The notes under the pieces: model-generated | Seen by the model: only the letters and a program-made list of their open reading frames with translations | Databases searched by the model: none | Told to the model about the DNA's origin: nothing | Program-made: the position numbers and the translations under genes | Origin: a virus | Taxonomy: Duplodnaviria; Heunggongvirae; Uroviricota; Caudoviricetes | Virus record (IMG/VR): IMGVR_UViG_3300008111_001118 | Length of the DNA stretch: 64,000 nt | Strand: one strand, 5' to 3' | Shown: positions 39,511 through 48,509 of the stretch, piece after piece | Layout of the letters: each line of letters starts with the position of its first letter | Position numbering within the stretch: position 1 is the stretch's first letter

Positions 39511-40877
39511 TTAGTTTTTATTTTTTAATAGTACTGTTGTTGACATTGGTCCGGTAATTCCGCCAACTGTTGCTTGGTTATACTTATTGTATAAGAAAAG
39601 ATTATTGCCACCTTCGATACTTCGGTCATTGGTGTAATCATTGCTTAACCCTGTTGTATAAACAACGTTTTGTTTACTGTCAGCAAGTATTTTTGTTTTG
39701 AGTTGTGCAGGAGTCATTTGCGGATTGATTTGCAAATAACATGCTGCAACACCAGCAACCTGTGGTGACGCCATACTAGTACCACCGATATTTGTCTGTC
39801 TATAATTACTGTCTAAATAGTAATTTTGAGATCCGCCACCCCATTCGTTGGTTGTACTAGTGCAACTCATAATATTTGTACCGGGTGCCCAAATATCTAC
39901 GCCAGGTCCACTTTCGCTACTGCTGGCTTTGTATTCGGTGGTTGCACTAAACACTGTACTATCGATGTTGCCAACCATAAACGCTTGGTCGTCTATGGGT
40001 GAACCACCTCTGTGATAATAAACATCGCCGGTACCTGTTTTAGTATAATAGTTGTTGTAGTCGAGACCGCCGGATACATCAATTTTTTGGTATGTATTTC
40101 CAGCAGCAATAAACACATGCACACCTACATCAATAAGTTCTTGTAAATCGACATCTACTGAATCTACTCTAACAACGTGTCTATAACCAGAAAGGGTATT
40201 CCAGTTCCGCTATCGCCAGCACCTTCTAAACCATTAACCTTAAGAGCATAGATTCTTGCATTTTTGGCCCACCCAAATGTTTTGCCAGCAGCAATTCCTC
40301 CAACGTGTGTACCGTGTCCGTCGTAGTCTCTATAATGGTTTACACTTTGTGTTCCTGCCAAGCCACTTTCTGTATACCAATTGATTAGTTGAACTCTACT
40401 AATACCATTTGCATCGTTGAATTCAGGATGATCAACTTGTAATCCTGAATCGTGTATAACAATGTCAACACCTGAACCATCAGCACTGTAGGAAAATAAG
40501 TTATCAATAGTAGTTCCAGATCCGTAATTATTAGTTTCAGAAATACAACGTTTTAAACCCCAGTTGATAAAACTCCCCGAGTCCGAACTTGTTTTAGTAA
40601 AATTGCCAGTTTGCACAGCATTGTGACCAATAGAAATATCATCACGTTGATTTGGCGGAATTTCTACAGAATAAATTCTAGGATCGTTGCGTAATGCTTC
40701 TGCTTCGGCATCAGTTAAATGATAATGAGTCTGTCTAGTACTTAATGGTCTACTATTGCAGATTTCACAACTTCTATTTGGAATAGTACTACTACCAGTT
40801 GACGCAGTCATCTCTGTATCGACATCTGCAATATCTATACCACGTATTGTGCTAACGATATATTCTTTGGTTTCCAT
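39511..40877 (-). pseudogene. Subtilisin-like S8 peptidase with prodomain, broken by deletion plus frameshift at about 40195
   Basis: IVIHDSG (Asp) and HGTHVGG (His) are in frame 1. AAGN and GTSMASPQVAG (Ser) are in frame 2, which is open upstream through LSGYRHVVRVDSVD. The VNMSWG-type segment is missing. Confidence 0.8.
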
Positions 40878-42505
40878 TATGCAGAAGTTCCGTCGTCTAG
40901 ATTAATCCAAGCACCGTTTTGATATGCCTGAATTCTGTTTGCAGTTGAGTTGTATATCATATCGCCATTTGCAGCAGTTAATGCATTTCGTTGAGTTGTT
41001 GTAAGATTTGCTAATCTAAATGGAGCACCTATTACTCTAACAGCGTTACCTGCTTGTAGATCGAGGTTTGTAGCACTTTCTAGTGTAGGAGTTCCTGCTC
41101 CGGTACTAATGAAACTATCGGCAGTAACACTTGCAAAACGTACATCAGATGTTTCTTCGAGTTCTTGATTTGCAAGCGGGATCCATGAACCGGATTGGAA
41201 AAATTCAAATCTGTCGCTATCTGAATTATAAACTATAGAACCGGTAATGTTTGCACTGTCAAGTCCAAAAGAATTTATAGTGGCTTGATCATATGCTCCA
41301 ATAAATAAACCTCCAGGTAACACTGTTTCAAGTGCTGTGCTTCCGGATGCTACAATATTTCTCCATTCAACACCGTCATAGAACGCTAGTGTGTTGTTAT
41401 TGATATCAACAGTTAGTTCGTAAAGTGAAGCCGGAGAGATGTCTAAAAGATTTCTTGATTCGTTGAATCTTAAACTGCCGTCTTTAATTTCAAGTTTTGT
41501 TTGCGGATCAAAAACTCCTATTCCAAAATTATTATCTGCAGAAAAAACAACGTACTCAGGTTCGTTAGAAGTAATTCCTGTTGGGTTAATAGCAAAAAAT
41601 AATCCTAGGTTATCAGCACCAACAGTTGCAGTAGTGACAAGTCCGCCAGGATCGTTTTTTACAAAATCTAATCTACCATAAACCATACTATCGTTAATTG
41701 TTGAGTTTGACTCTCTTGATATTGTTACTCTAGAAAGTTCGTCAACACTATTAACATTAAGAGTAGTTCTAACCCCAACAGTAGCGTTTTCTACTTTTAG
41801 AGCACCGCCTGTATGTTTTATACTATCAGAATATATTGTTCCGTCAATGCCGTCAATAATTATTGACGAGTTGTCTGTAAATACAGAACCAGAAAGTTCT
41901 CCAACAAACTGTCCACTTATTGTATTTGTATTAGTATCAATTATTCTAGTGCTATCGGTTCCGATAATATTGATTCGATAGTCGCCACCTGCAACTATAC
42001 CTTCGCCACCGGTTGCGGGTGCGTTAACCCAGAAGCCATCAGTGTAAGTTAGCACTTCTCCGTTGCTAGGAAATGATATAAATGCATCGTCGAGTTGGTC
42101 TAGTAAGATGTTGGTAATATTGCTACCGTCGCCTACAAACAAACCGGTTAATGTATTTGTAGCAGAATTTACAATAGTACTACTATCGTTTCCAACAATA
42201 TTAATTCTGTAATTTACACCCTCGACTACACCGCCTGCACCGATAGGTAAGTTAGTAAGTCCGCTGCCGTCGCCTACAAAGGCAGTTGCAGTAACAGTAC
42301 CACTTCCGAGAATGTTGAATCCGTCTAAGTCTAAGTTTTGTGTAAGTGCATCTGGAGATCCAACATTAGAAACTTTAATACCTCCAGGTGTTACCCCGTC
42401 TCCGGCATAAAGGTCTTTGGTGTCAGTTACATAAACTAATTCGCCTTCTTGAAAGATGACAGAACCTCTTTCTGCCTCAGTCCCGCGTCTTAATCGCAAT
42501 GCCAT
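40877..42505 (-). CDS. Putative tail-fibre/virion protein
   Basis: N-terminal MALRLRRGT..GELVYVTDT (tropism-determinant-like N-domain), YRINI.G.DS repeats, C-terminal GDMIYNST..Y.NGAW. Confidence 0.7.
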   Translation of the reverse strand: MALRLRRGTEAERGSVIFQEGELVYVTDTKDLYAGDGVTPGGIKVSNVGSPDALTQNLDLDGFNILGSGTVTATAFVGDGSGLTNLPIGAGGVVEGVNYRINIVGNDSSTIVNSATNTLTGLFVGDGSNITNILLDQLDDAFISFPSNGEVLTYTDGFWVNAPATGGEGIVAGGDYRINIIGTDSTRIIDTNTNTISGQFVGELSGSVFTDNSSIIIDGIDGTIYSDSIKHTGGALKVENATVGVRTTLNVNSVDELSRVTISRESNSTINDSMVYGRLDFVKNDPGGLVTTATVGADNLGLFFAINPTGITSNEPEYVVFSADNNFGIGVFDPQTKLEIKDGSLRFNESRNLLDISPASLYELTVDINNNTLAFYDGVEWRNIVASGSTALETVLPGGLFIGAYDQATINSFGLDSANITGSIVYNSDSDRFEFFQSGSWIPLANQELEETSDVRFASVTADSFISTGAGTPTLESATNLDLQAGNAVRVIGAPFRLANLTTTQRNALTAANGDMIYNSTANRIQAYQNGAWINLDDGTSA

Positions 42506-42510
42506 ATTGA

Positions 42511-42561
42511 AAATCTCCTAGAGTGATAATACTTTTATATATTTATCACTCTAGGAGATTT
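42511..42561 (-). promoter_or_regulatory. 19-bp perfect inverted repeat containing a late box (TAAATA, 42540-45) and the SD of the fibre gene
   Basis: aaatctcctagagtgataa (42511-29) and ttatcactctaggagattt (42543-61), 13-nt loop. Confidence 0.8.
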
Positions 42562-42562
42562 A

Positions 42563-42880
42563 TTATCTGTTTAATTTTAAGAACTTATAAACACGCTTAC
42601 TAACGTCTGTCTGAACACGTTTTAAGTCAAGTCTAAAATCAATAGATTCGATGTTGTCGTCATATTCTTCAAAAAGTTGATCTAACGAATCTTCTATTTG
42701 TTCGATAGGTTGCTTTTTTTTACTATCTTTTATATCAATGTCCCATACACTACCGTCTTGAAAAGTAATTAGTATGCGGTCAATATATTCTAGAGGAAGA
42801 TAGTCCATCTCGACAGAATCAAAAATTTCTTGCCAGTGTTCTTCTGTTTCAGGATCGGGATGAACTTTTCTTTTAGGCAC
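42563..42880 (-). CDS. Hypothetical protein
   Basis: 105-aa acidic ORF in a contiguous minus-strand operon. Confidence 0.6.
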   Translation of the reverse strand: MPKRKVHPDPETEEHWQEIFDSVEMDYLPLEYIDRILITFQDGSVWDIDIKDSKKKQPIEQIEDSLDQLFEEYDDNIESIDFRLDLKRVQTDVSKRVYKFLKLNR

Positions 42881-43496
42881 TTTTTTCTGCTTTGACTTTC
42901 TTTACAGTTGGAACAAGTGTTTCTGCAACTTCTCGCATTTTCTTTGCTTCCTTGAACATAGCATCTGCTTGACTACGCAATTGTGCTGCCATTTCTTCTG
43001 CGGTAGGCGGCATTGTAGTTACAGCATCTGTAATCTGTGAGTTAACAGTTTCAGCAGCCATTAGAGGCATTTCGTTGATAACCTGTGGGGTTTCGGCAGA
43101 TTGACCCGAAGGTTTAAGAGCCAAATCTTCTAACGAAATTCCACGTTGCTGAGCAATGGCTTCATTTAACTTGTCAAGACTGATAACAGTTTTGCTATCA
43201 GGAGTCATTTCAATTTCGTTGGTTGGAACTTTTCTTAATTTTCCAGTAGTATGAAATCCAGAAAGCATGTTACGCCCGTCAGGAAGATATGACCTAGCCA
43301 TTACTTCTGCTAACTCGTATGCATCTTGACCTGCAGGCGACTCAACTACTTTGATTAGTACATCGTGTTCATCTGACGGAAGTGATTCGGTTAGAACTAC
43401 TAAACAATTATACGGATCACCTGGCAGTGTACGATATGCAACAATTGCTCTCCGTTTATTGTTTTTGATTCTGCCTACGTGTTTAATATTAGGCAT
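42873..43496 (-). CDS. Hypothetical protein
   Basis: Probable start MPNIKHVG at 43496; C-terminal coiled coil. Confidence 0.6.
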   Translation of the reverse strand: MPNIKHVGRIKNNKRRAIVAYRTLPGDPYNCLVVLTESLPSDEHDVLIKVVESPAGQDAYELAEVMARSYLPDGRNMLSGFHTTGKLRKVPTNEIEMTPDSKTVISLDKLNEAIAQQRGISLEDLALKPSGQSAETPQVINEMPLMAAETVNSQITDAVTTMPPTAEEMAAQLRSQADAMFKEAKKMREVAETLVPTVKKVKAEKSA

Positions 43497-43728
43497 TGGT
43501 GTTTTCCTCTGTTGCAGCAGGTGTTGCAGCCTGTGCGGCTTTTGCTGCCTTTTGTTGTTCTTCAACAGTTTTTAGAAAATGTTCTAACTTTGTGTACACT
43601 GTTCCAACAGCGGCCATTTCTGCTGGTTTAAAAGCACTACGTTCGCTAGCAATGTCGATGATTTGTTTCATAATTGCTAAATCTTGAATAGTTAGATCCA
43701 TTGGGTTTGGTTGAGTTTGTTCAGACAT
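43489..43728 (-). CDS. Hypothetical protein
   Basis: 79-aa helical ORF with an AAGGAG SD. Confidence 0.6.
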   Translation of the reverse strand: MSEQTQPNPMDLTIQDLAIMKQIIDIASERSAFKPAEMAAVGTVYTKLEHFLKTVEEQQKAAKAAQAATPAATEENTNA

Positions 43729-43761
43729 AGTAATCTCCTTGTATTAATATATATTATAGAT

Positions 43762-44046
43762 TTATCTGTTGTATTTCAAAAGTGGACAAGCTATCATAAA
43801 ATAACTTAGTTCCGAGGGATTTTCAAAACCAATTTTAATTTTTTGTTTAAATGGTGTTGATTCGCCTAATTCGATAGTGTTACCAACGTAGAATCGGCTG
43901 GAACAGTTTTCGTAGATCCACTCTTCTAATGCCTTGGAAAGATTGTATGTAGGATTAATAACAATCGTTTCGAAATAAGGAGGGCAGAATTCTACCCTCC
44001 TTACCTCAAGCACGTTGAGTGGATTAATTTTATTCTTCTTAACCAC
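43762..44046 (-). CDS. Hypothetical protein
   Basis: 94-aa ORF overlapping the end of the vWA gene. Confidence 0.55.
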   Translation of the reverse strand: MVKKNKINPLNVLEVRRVEFCPPYFETIVINPTYNLSKALEEWIYENCSSRFYVGNTIELGESTPFKQKIKIGFENPSELSYFMIACPLLKYNR

Positions 44047-45328
44047 GTGACTCCTCGTAGTGGGCAGTTACGCCAAACGGTGCTTGCAAAGATTTGTTGT
44101 GGTTACTGTGGATAATAAAAATAGTATCACAGTAAGACTCGTCTCCCCAACTACCGAACGGATATCCATCAGTAAACATAACAAACTTCTTAGGCTGGAC
44201 ATCATTTGATTTCATGTATTTCCAGTTACAGTCGAAGTCTGTACCGCCGCCGCCCATGATTTCATAATCCATAAGCGATTCGCCGCCGTCTGCACTAAAG
44301 TCCTGTTCGTTGTAAACCTTAGTGTCAAAACACCACAGTTTAATACGATAGTCCTTGTATTCGTCCATAATGCCTTTGATCTCACTCAAAAAGTCACGAG
44401 CCTGATCGTTACCAATAGAACCTGACATATCGATAGCAACAGTAATATCGATAGTTTCGTCAAAGTTCATACCAGGAAGAATAGCACCAGTGTGCCAGCC
44501 TTTACGACTAGGACGAGCAAAAGTGTAATCGTTACGAATAGTGCTTTGGATTTGCTGACGCAGAAGTTCGCGCCAGTTCATCTTAGGCTCAGTTAGTTCT
44601 TTGATCATACGCTGGATCTCACCAGGAGTGTTGCCAGCACCTGCACTCTGTGCAGCATTGATCATTGCTTCTTTGATTTCGTCCTTGATTGCATCAAGTT
44701 CGGCCTTGGTCAGTCTAGGACGACCTTTGCCCGAGCCATTGCCTTCTTTGCCATCACCTTCTTCATCGCCTGCTTCCCAGTCAATGTGTTCGTCAAGCAG
44801 TTCGCCAAGAGCATCAAAGTCGATCTTATGAGCGTTCTTGAACAGATCGTCATAGACTTCTTCTGAAGTCCACTTATCATACTTGAAGTCTTGATAGCAA
44901 TCAACTACACGAGGCTTTTGACCAATCTTGTCACGAACAAGAAGGTTGTTAACAATGTAGTCTGCAGAGATGTTGTAAAGCATTGGATCACGATCTTCAC
45001 GACGAGTAAGGTGATCGTAAACACAGTGAAGGATTTCGTGTGCAATAACAAACTCAATTTCTTTATTGTTCATTGCATTAAAGAACTGAGTGTTAAAGTA
45101 AAGATGACGACCGTCTGTTGCCGCAGTCATGCACCATTCGTCGGCACTTTCAACACGCAGACGAGTAGCCATACTACCGAAAAAAGGATGCTTTAGAAGC
45201 AAGCCTACACGAGCAACAATAATGCGATCGAGGACGTCTACACGCATACGATCAAGTGCTTCGGGAGTAATGTTAGGATCTGGAGCCCAGTTCTTTTTAC
45301 GCTTGGATTGAGTCTTTTTGACAGACAT
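44039..45328 (-). CDS. HExxH metallopeptidase-like plus vWA domain protein (DUF2201-like)
   Basis: TAATDG, AHEILH, acidic linker, MIDAS-like DMSGS, CFDT, GGGTDF, FTDG. Start MSVKK follows a GAGG SD. Confidence 0.8.
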   Translation of the reverse strand: MSVKKTQSKRKKNWAPDPNITPEALDRMRVDVLDRIIVARVGLLLKHPFFGSMATRLRVESADEWCMTAATDGRHLYFNTQFFNAMNNKEIEFVIAHEILHCVYDHLTRREDRDPMLYNISADYIVNNLLVRDKIGQKPRVVDCYQDFKYDKWTSEEVYDDLFKNAHKIDFDALGELLDEHIDWEAGDEEGDGKEGNGSGKGRPRLTKAELDAIKDEIKEAMINAAQSAGAGNTPGEIQRMIKELTEPKMNWRELLRQQIQSTIRNDYTFARPSRKGWHTGAILPGMNFDETIDITVAIDMSGSIGNDQARDFLSEIKGIMDEYKDYRIKLWCFDTKVYNEQDFSADGGESLMDYEIMGGGGTDFDCNWKYMKSNDVQPKKFVMFTDGYPFGSWGDESYCDTIFIIHSNHNKSLQAPFGVTAHYEESRG

Positions 45329-45352
45329 AGTTAACCTCTTGTTTAGATAGAA

Positions 45353-45380
45353 AGAGTGGGCAGTTTGACCTGCCCACTCT
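45353..45380 (-). terminator. Stable hairpin between the AAA+ and vWA genes
   Basis: 11-bp stem agagtgggcag/ctgcccactct with a 6-nt loop and only a short U-run (ttct). Confidence 0.5.
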
Positions 45381-45392
45381 AGTGTCACCGTA

Positions 45393-46472
45393 TTAGGCCG
45401 AAGCAGCACTAATATACTTGCCATAACGAGCGTGGAACTCGTCAAAGCAATCAATTGCTTCGGGATCAATCGGAAGATTATACTGAGTCAGTGCGAGTTT
45501 AATACCCATAACAACCAATTCAGTATCGAAGTTATCCATCGAGAACCGCATGAAGTTATTGACCATAAAGTCGAACTTCTTGTCGTTCTTGTCAGATGCT
45601 TCTTTAAGTTCGTAGCAGAGCGAGACAGTCAAGGAATACATGGCACTGATTTCACGAGTCTTCATCTCTTTAACCTTACCAGCGAGGATTTCGGTTGGAT
45701 CGGGCATAGAACTTGCAATCTTACGGTGAGCCATAAACTTGACAGCAAGACCTTCGCCAACTGCACCTGCAACCAGGTCAGTAGTAGTGCCATCGTCAAG
45801 GTTATCTTCGAGCAATTCGCTAACAAACGACCACGAACGTGGAGTAGCAAACGAACGGCTAGGAGACTTAGGATCAAAGTCGTAAAGGTCCTTCTTCGAG
45901 AAGTTAAGGAAACCTACAACGTCTTTGTTGATTTTGTTGTTAACTGCCCACTGGAACCAATCGTCGAAGTCGACTTTCATTTCAAGGTGGACAAAGCGGT
46001 TAGCAAGCGGAGCAGGCATACGATAAGTAACACCTTTATCTGCTTCACGGTTACCAGCAGCAACAATCATAACGTTATCAGGCAGTCGATAAGTACCAAC
46101 CTTACGGTTAAGAATAAGTTGGTATGCAGCAGCCTGCACAGCCGGAGCAGCACTGTTCATTTCGTCGAGGAAAAGAACAACGTTCTTATGCTTGGCTGCA
46201 AACTCTGCGTCGGGCAGTTCGCCTGGAGGAGCCCAAACCATTTTGCTGGTATTGGAATCAAAGTACGGAATACCCTTAATATCAGTGGGTTCCCAAAGGC
46301 TAAGACGAACGTCGATAACAGGAGCATTAAATTGCTCTGCAATCTGGTGAACAATGTCCGACTTACCAATACCCGGGGGACCCCAGAGGAAGATCGGACG
46401 CTTTTTAAGCATTGCATGACGAATGCTTGCTTTAGCCTTGTTCGGGCTAACAGTACGAGTAAGTTCTGACAT
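45393..46472 (-). CDS. MoxR-like AAA+ ATPase
   Basis: Walker A GPPGIGKS, Walker B LFLDEMN, AAGNR, LANRF, TPRSW. Confidence 0.9.
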   Translation of the reverse strand: MSELTRTVSPNKAKASIRHAMLKKRPIFLWGPPGIGKSDIVHQIAEQFNAPVIDVRLSLWEPTDIKGIPYFDSNTSKMVWAPPGELPDAEFAAKHKNVVLFLDEMNSAAPAVQAAAYQLILNRKVGTYRLPDNVMIVAAGNREADKGVTYRMPAPLANRFVHLEMKVDFDDWFQWAVNNKINKDVVGFLNFSKKDLYDFDPKSPSRSFATPRSWSFVSELLEDNLDDGTTTDLVAGAVGEGLAVKFMAHRKIASSMPDPTEILAGKVKEMKTREISAMYSLTVSLCYELKEASDKNDKKFDFMVNNFMRFSMDNFDTELVVMGIKLALTQYNLPIDPEAIDCFDEFHARYGKYISAASA

Positions 46473-46509
46473 GGAGTATTCCTTTCTGTGTTTCAGTGCC
46501 TATGTGTTA

Positions 46510-46538
46510 GTTATACAGCACGAAACACAGAAGGTCAA
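46510..46538 (-). promoter_or_regulatory. Sigma70-type promoter overlapped by an inverted repeat
   Basis: TTGACC, 17 nt, TATAAC; 11-bp arms at 46484-94 and 46522-32. Confidence 0.7.
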
Positions 46539-47056
46539 CTACTTTTTTCCCATATGTTGAGATTTTTCATCCAAATGTAATCAGGCTTGTATAATTTGGG
46601 TATAGCGTGTTTAAAGTATTCAAGTACATCAAGAGGTGTTTCGTCCATTCTTGCAAAATGTTGAACAAATGACGGATGACGTTGATTGGTGAATCCAAAA
46701 TACATATCCACATATTCCATTCTAACATAACAAGTGTTGTTGCAAATGTATTCATTATTAAAATTATATAACATTGACTGCAACGCAGTGTGTTCGTCAT
46801 AATGGTGTCTTACGCGAAAATTTTCTAACCACTGTTTGGCATCAGCAACAGTCCAGTTTTTTATAGGTGGGATATCGTCCCACTCAAAAGAATAAAACCA
46901 ACTTACCCATCTTTCGTACGGATCTCTAACAATTTTTATAATTGTGTAATCTTCAAAAGACTCTTTAGTAACTCTTCTTCTTTCCACCCATCCTACTGTT
47001 TTTAAAACACTTCTTACATGGTTGCTTCCGCATCTTGGCAGAACACAACACACCAT
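46535..47056 (-). CDS. Sulfotransferase-like protein
   Basis: LPRCGSN (5'-PSB-like), IVRDPYERWVS (3'-PB-like). Confidence 0.6.
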   Translation of the reverse strand: MVCCVLPRCGSNHVRSVLKTVGWVERRRVTKESFEDYTIIKIVRDPYERWVSWFYSFEWDDIPPIKNWTVADAKQWLENFRVRHHYDEHTALQSMLYNFNNEYICNNTCYVRMEYVDMYFGFTNQRHPSFVQHFARMDETPLDVLEYFKHAIPKLYKPDYIWMKNLNIWEKSS

Positions 47057-47099
47057 CTTTTTTTCGTTATTTACTAATACATCCATTTGATAATTCGTT

Positions 47100-47480
47100 C
47101 TATAATGTTCTAGAACGTGTTAATGCTTTGTTTAATCCGTACTTGCGTACATCGCCACTAAACAATGCAAGTTCTACTGCTTTCTTTTCATTTGTTACAA
47201 GTATGCCATCTTTTGTTAAGTAATAAGGGCAATCAATAAATTTGTCTAAAAAAATAATTATTTGAGTTGTTAGTGGCATATCTTTTGGAAAAGGTATGTC
47301 ATAAACTTTTAAATCAATTTTTTGTATAACTTCAAATCCGTCGTCTGTTAATCTTAAACCACTGTTGTCTTTTTGACGAGTGTTTTGCCACCACAGAGGT
47401 AAATGTTCAGTTATCGAATTATCAGAAGTACTTTTTCCAAGTTCTTGTAAAAATAACTTGGTGTAGACTTTTTTATTCAT
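47100..47480 (-). CDS. Hypothetical protein
   Basis: 126-aa ORF in operon. Confidence 0.6.
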   Translation of the reverse strand: MNKKVYTKLFLQELGKSTSDNSITEHLPLWWQNTRQKDNSGLRLTDDGFEVIQKIDLKVYDIPFPKDMPLTTQIIIFLDKFIDCPYYLTKDGILVTNEKKAVELALFSGDVRKYGLNKALTRSRTL

Positions 47481-47763
47481 CTTCTACTTCTTCGCCTGTG
47501 ATTAGTTTATAAACTGCAAAATCTGCGGTCTTGAACATTGAATTTAACTTACTTGCTAAATTAAATGCATGTCCAGGATTAGAAAAACTTGTTTTTTTAT
47601 ATTTTGGACCAGGATAACTTGTTAGACTATTAGAGCTTTTGAGATTAAAAGGCTTGCCTTTATAAAAGACAGCCCATACTGCTTCAGCATCTAGAACTTG
47701 TTCACACTTGTAAGTTCTACTATTTGTATACTCTAAAAGAACATTCGGTTTAGGTCTGCTCAT
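47473..47763 (-). CDS. Hypothetical protein
   Basis: MSRPKP start follows a GGAG SD; TAAATA upstream at 47789-94. Confidence 0.6.
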   Translation of the reverse strand: MSRPKPNVLLEYTNSRTYKCEQVLDAEAVWAVFYKGKPFNLKSSNSLTSYPGPKYKKTSFSNPGHAFNLASKLNSMFKTADFAVYKLITGEEVEDE

Positions 47764-47798
47764 TGCGTACTCCAATTATATACGCATATATTTATGAC

Positions 47799-48044
47799 TT
47801 ATGACCAGTTACCGCCAGCGTCCATTGATATTGTAATAGTTTCGTCGGAGGTTTTAGTGGAATATTCTTTTACAAATTTTTCCAGATCGCCGTTCATTCT
47901 ACTCATAACAATACCCAAAGTAAATGCAAGGCTTTTTGCAACAGCAATATCTAATCGAACTTCTCTTGCATTGCTGGATTCTGCACCTTTAACCTGTTGT
48001 ATAAATTGTGTTATAGGTGTTGTGTTAATTGGTTCTGTTGACAT
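47799..48044 (-). CDS. Hypothetical protein
   Basis: 81-aa ORF in operon. Confidence 0.55.
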   Translation of the reverse strand: MSTEPINTTPITQFIQQVKGAESSNAREVRLDIAVAKSLAFTLGIVMSRMNGDLEKFVKEYSTKTSDETITISMDAGGNWS

Positions 48045-48507
48045 TGCTCAATGCAGCCTTCATTTCTAGTTCGGTCTTGAAAGGTCCGAGGTATTCGTTT
48101 CTTTCAATAGTAATCAGTTTTGGACAAAAACTTTTAAGCCAGTTAACATTAAATTTGATCAAGTAATAGCCAGCACAATAAACGCTTTTTGACTTTTCAC
48201 TTTTTGTAAAAAGAGGTAATCTATGCACAATGTCGTACATACTGTTGTACGGTATACTGCGAGTAGGATATCCGTGTACACTAGTATCAGTTTTTGAATT
48301 TTCGTTTTGTGTAATTTTGGCAGTAAGAAAGTTTTTACCAAACTGTTTTTTTAATTGCTTCTCATCTTTGTAAAAACTAATCTCACCTTTGCGTGACAGG
48401 ATAAAAGAATTTTCATCCTTTGTAAGTGTTCCTACACGCATACCTTGATCTTCGACTATCCAAAATCTATTCTCAAGAACTTCTTTTGCTGTAATTTGTT
48501 GTTTCAC
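48025..48507 (-). CDS. Hypothetical protein
   Basis: 160-aa ORF in operon. Confidence 0.6.
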   Translation of the reverse strand: MKQQITAKEVLENRFWIVEDQGMRVGTLTKDENSFILSRKGEISFYKDEKQLKKQFGKNFLTAKITQNENSKTDTSVHGYPTRSIPYNSMYDIVHRLPLFTKSEKSKSVYCAGYYLIKFNVNWLKSFCPKLITIERNEYLGPFKTELEMKAALSNVNRTN

Positions 48508-48509
48508 TT

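Noticed and set aside
37291-40166. TAG stop-codon reassignment as an explanation for split genes (both truncated frames end in TAG)
   Set aside because: The conserved downstream halves are in a different frame, so read-through would not restore them. Intact genes show no in-frame TAG.
40877-42505. Diversity-generating retroelement, suggested by the tropism-determinant-like N-terminus
   Set aside because: No reverse transcriptase and no TR/VR repeat pair with adenine-specific mismatches were seen in the window.
45329-45469. 47-aa N-terminal extension of the vWA ORF in the track
   Set aside because: It overlaps the AAA+ gene end and the intergenic hairpin. The SD-supported start is ATG 45328.
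45432-46469. 345-aa plus-strand ORF antisense to the AAA+ gene
   Set aside because: It mirrors the ATPase codon-for-codon and has no recognisable motifs or SD. It is the expected shadow of biased codon usage.
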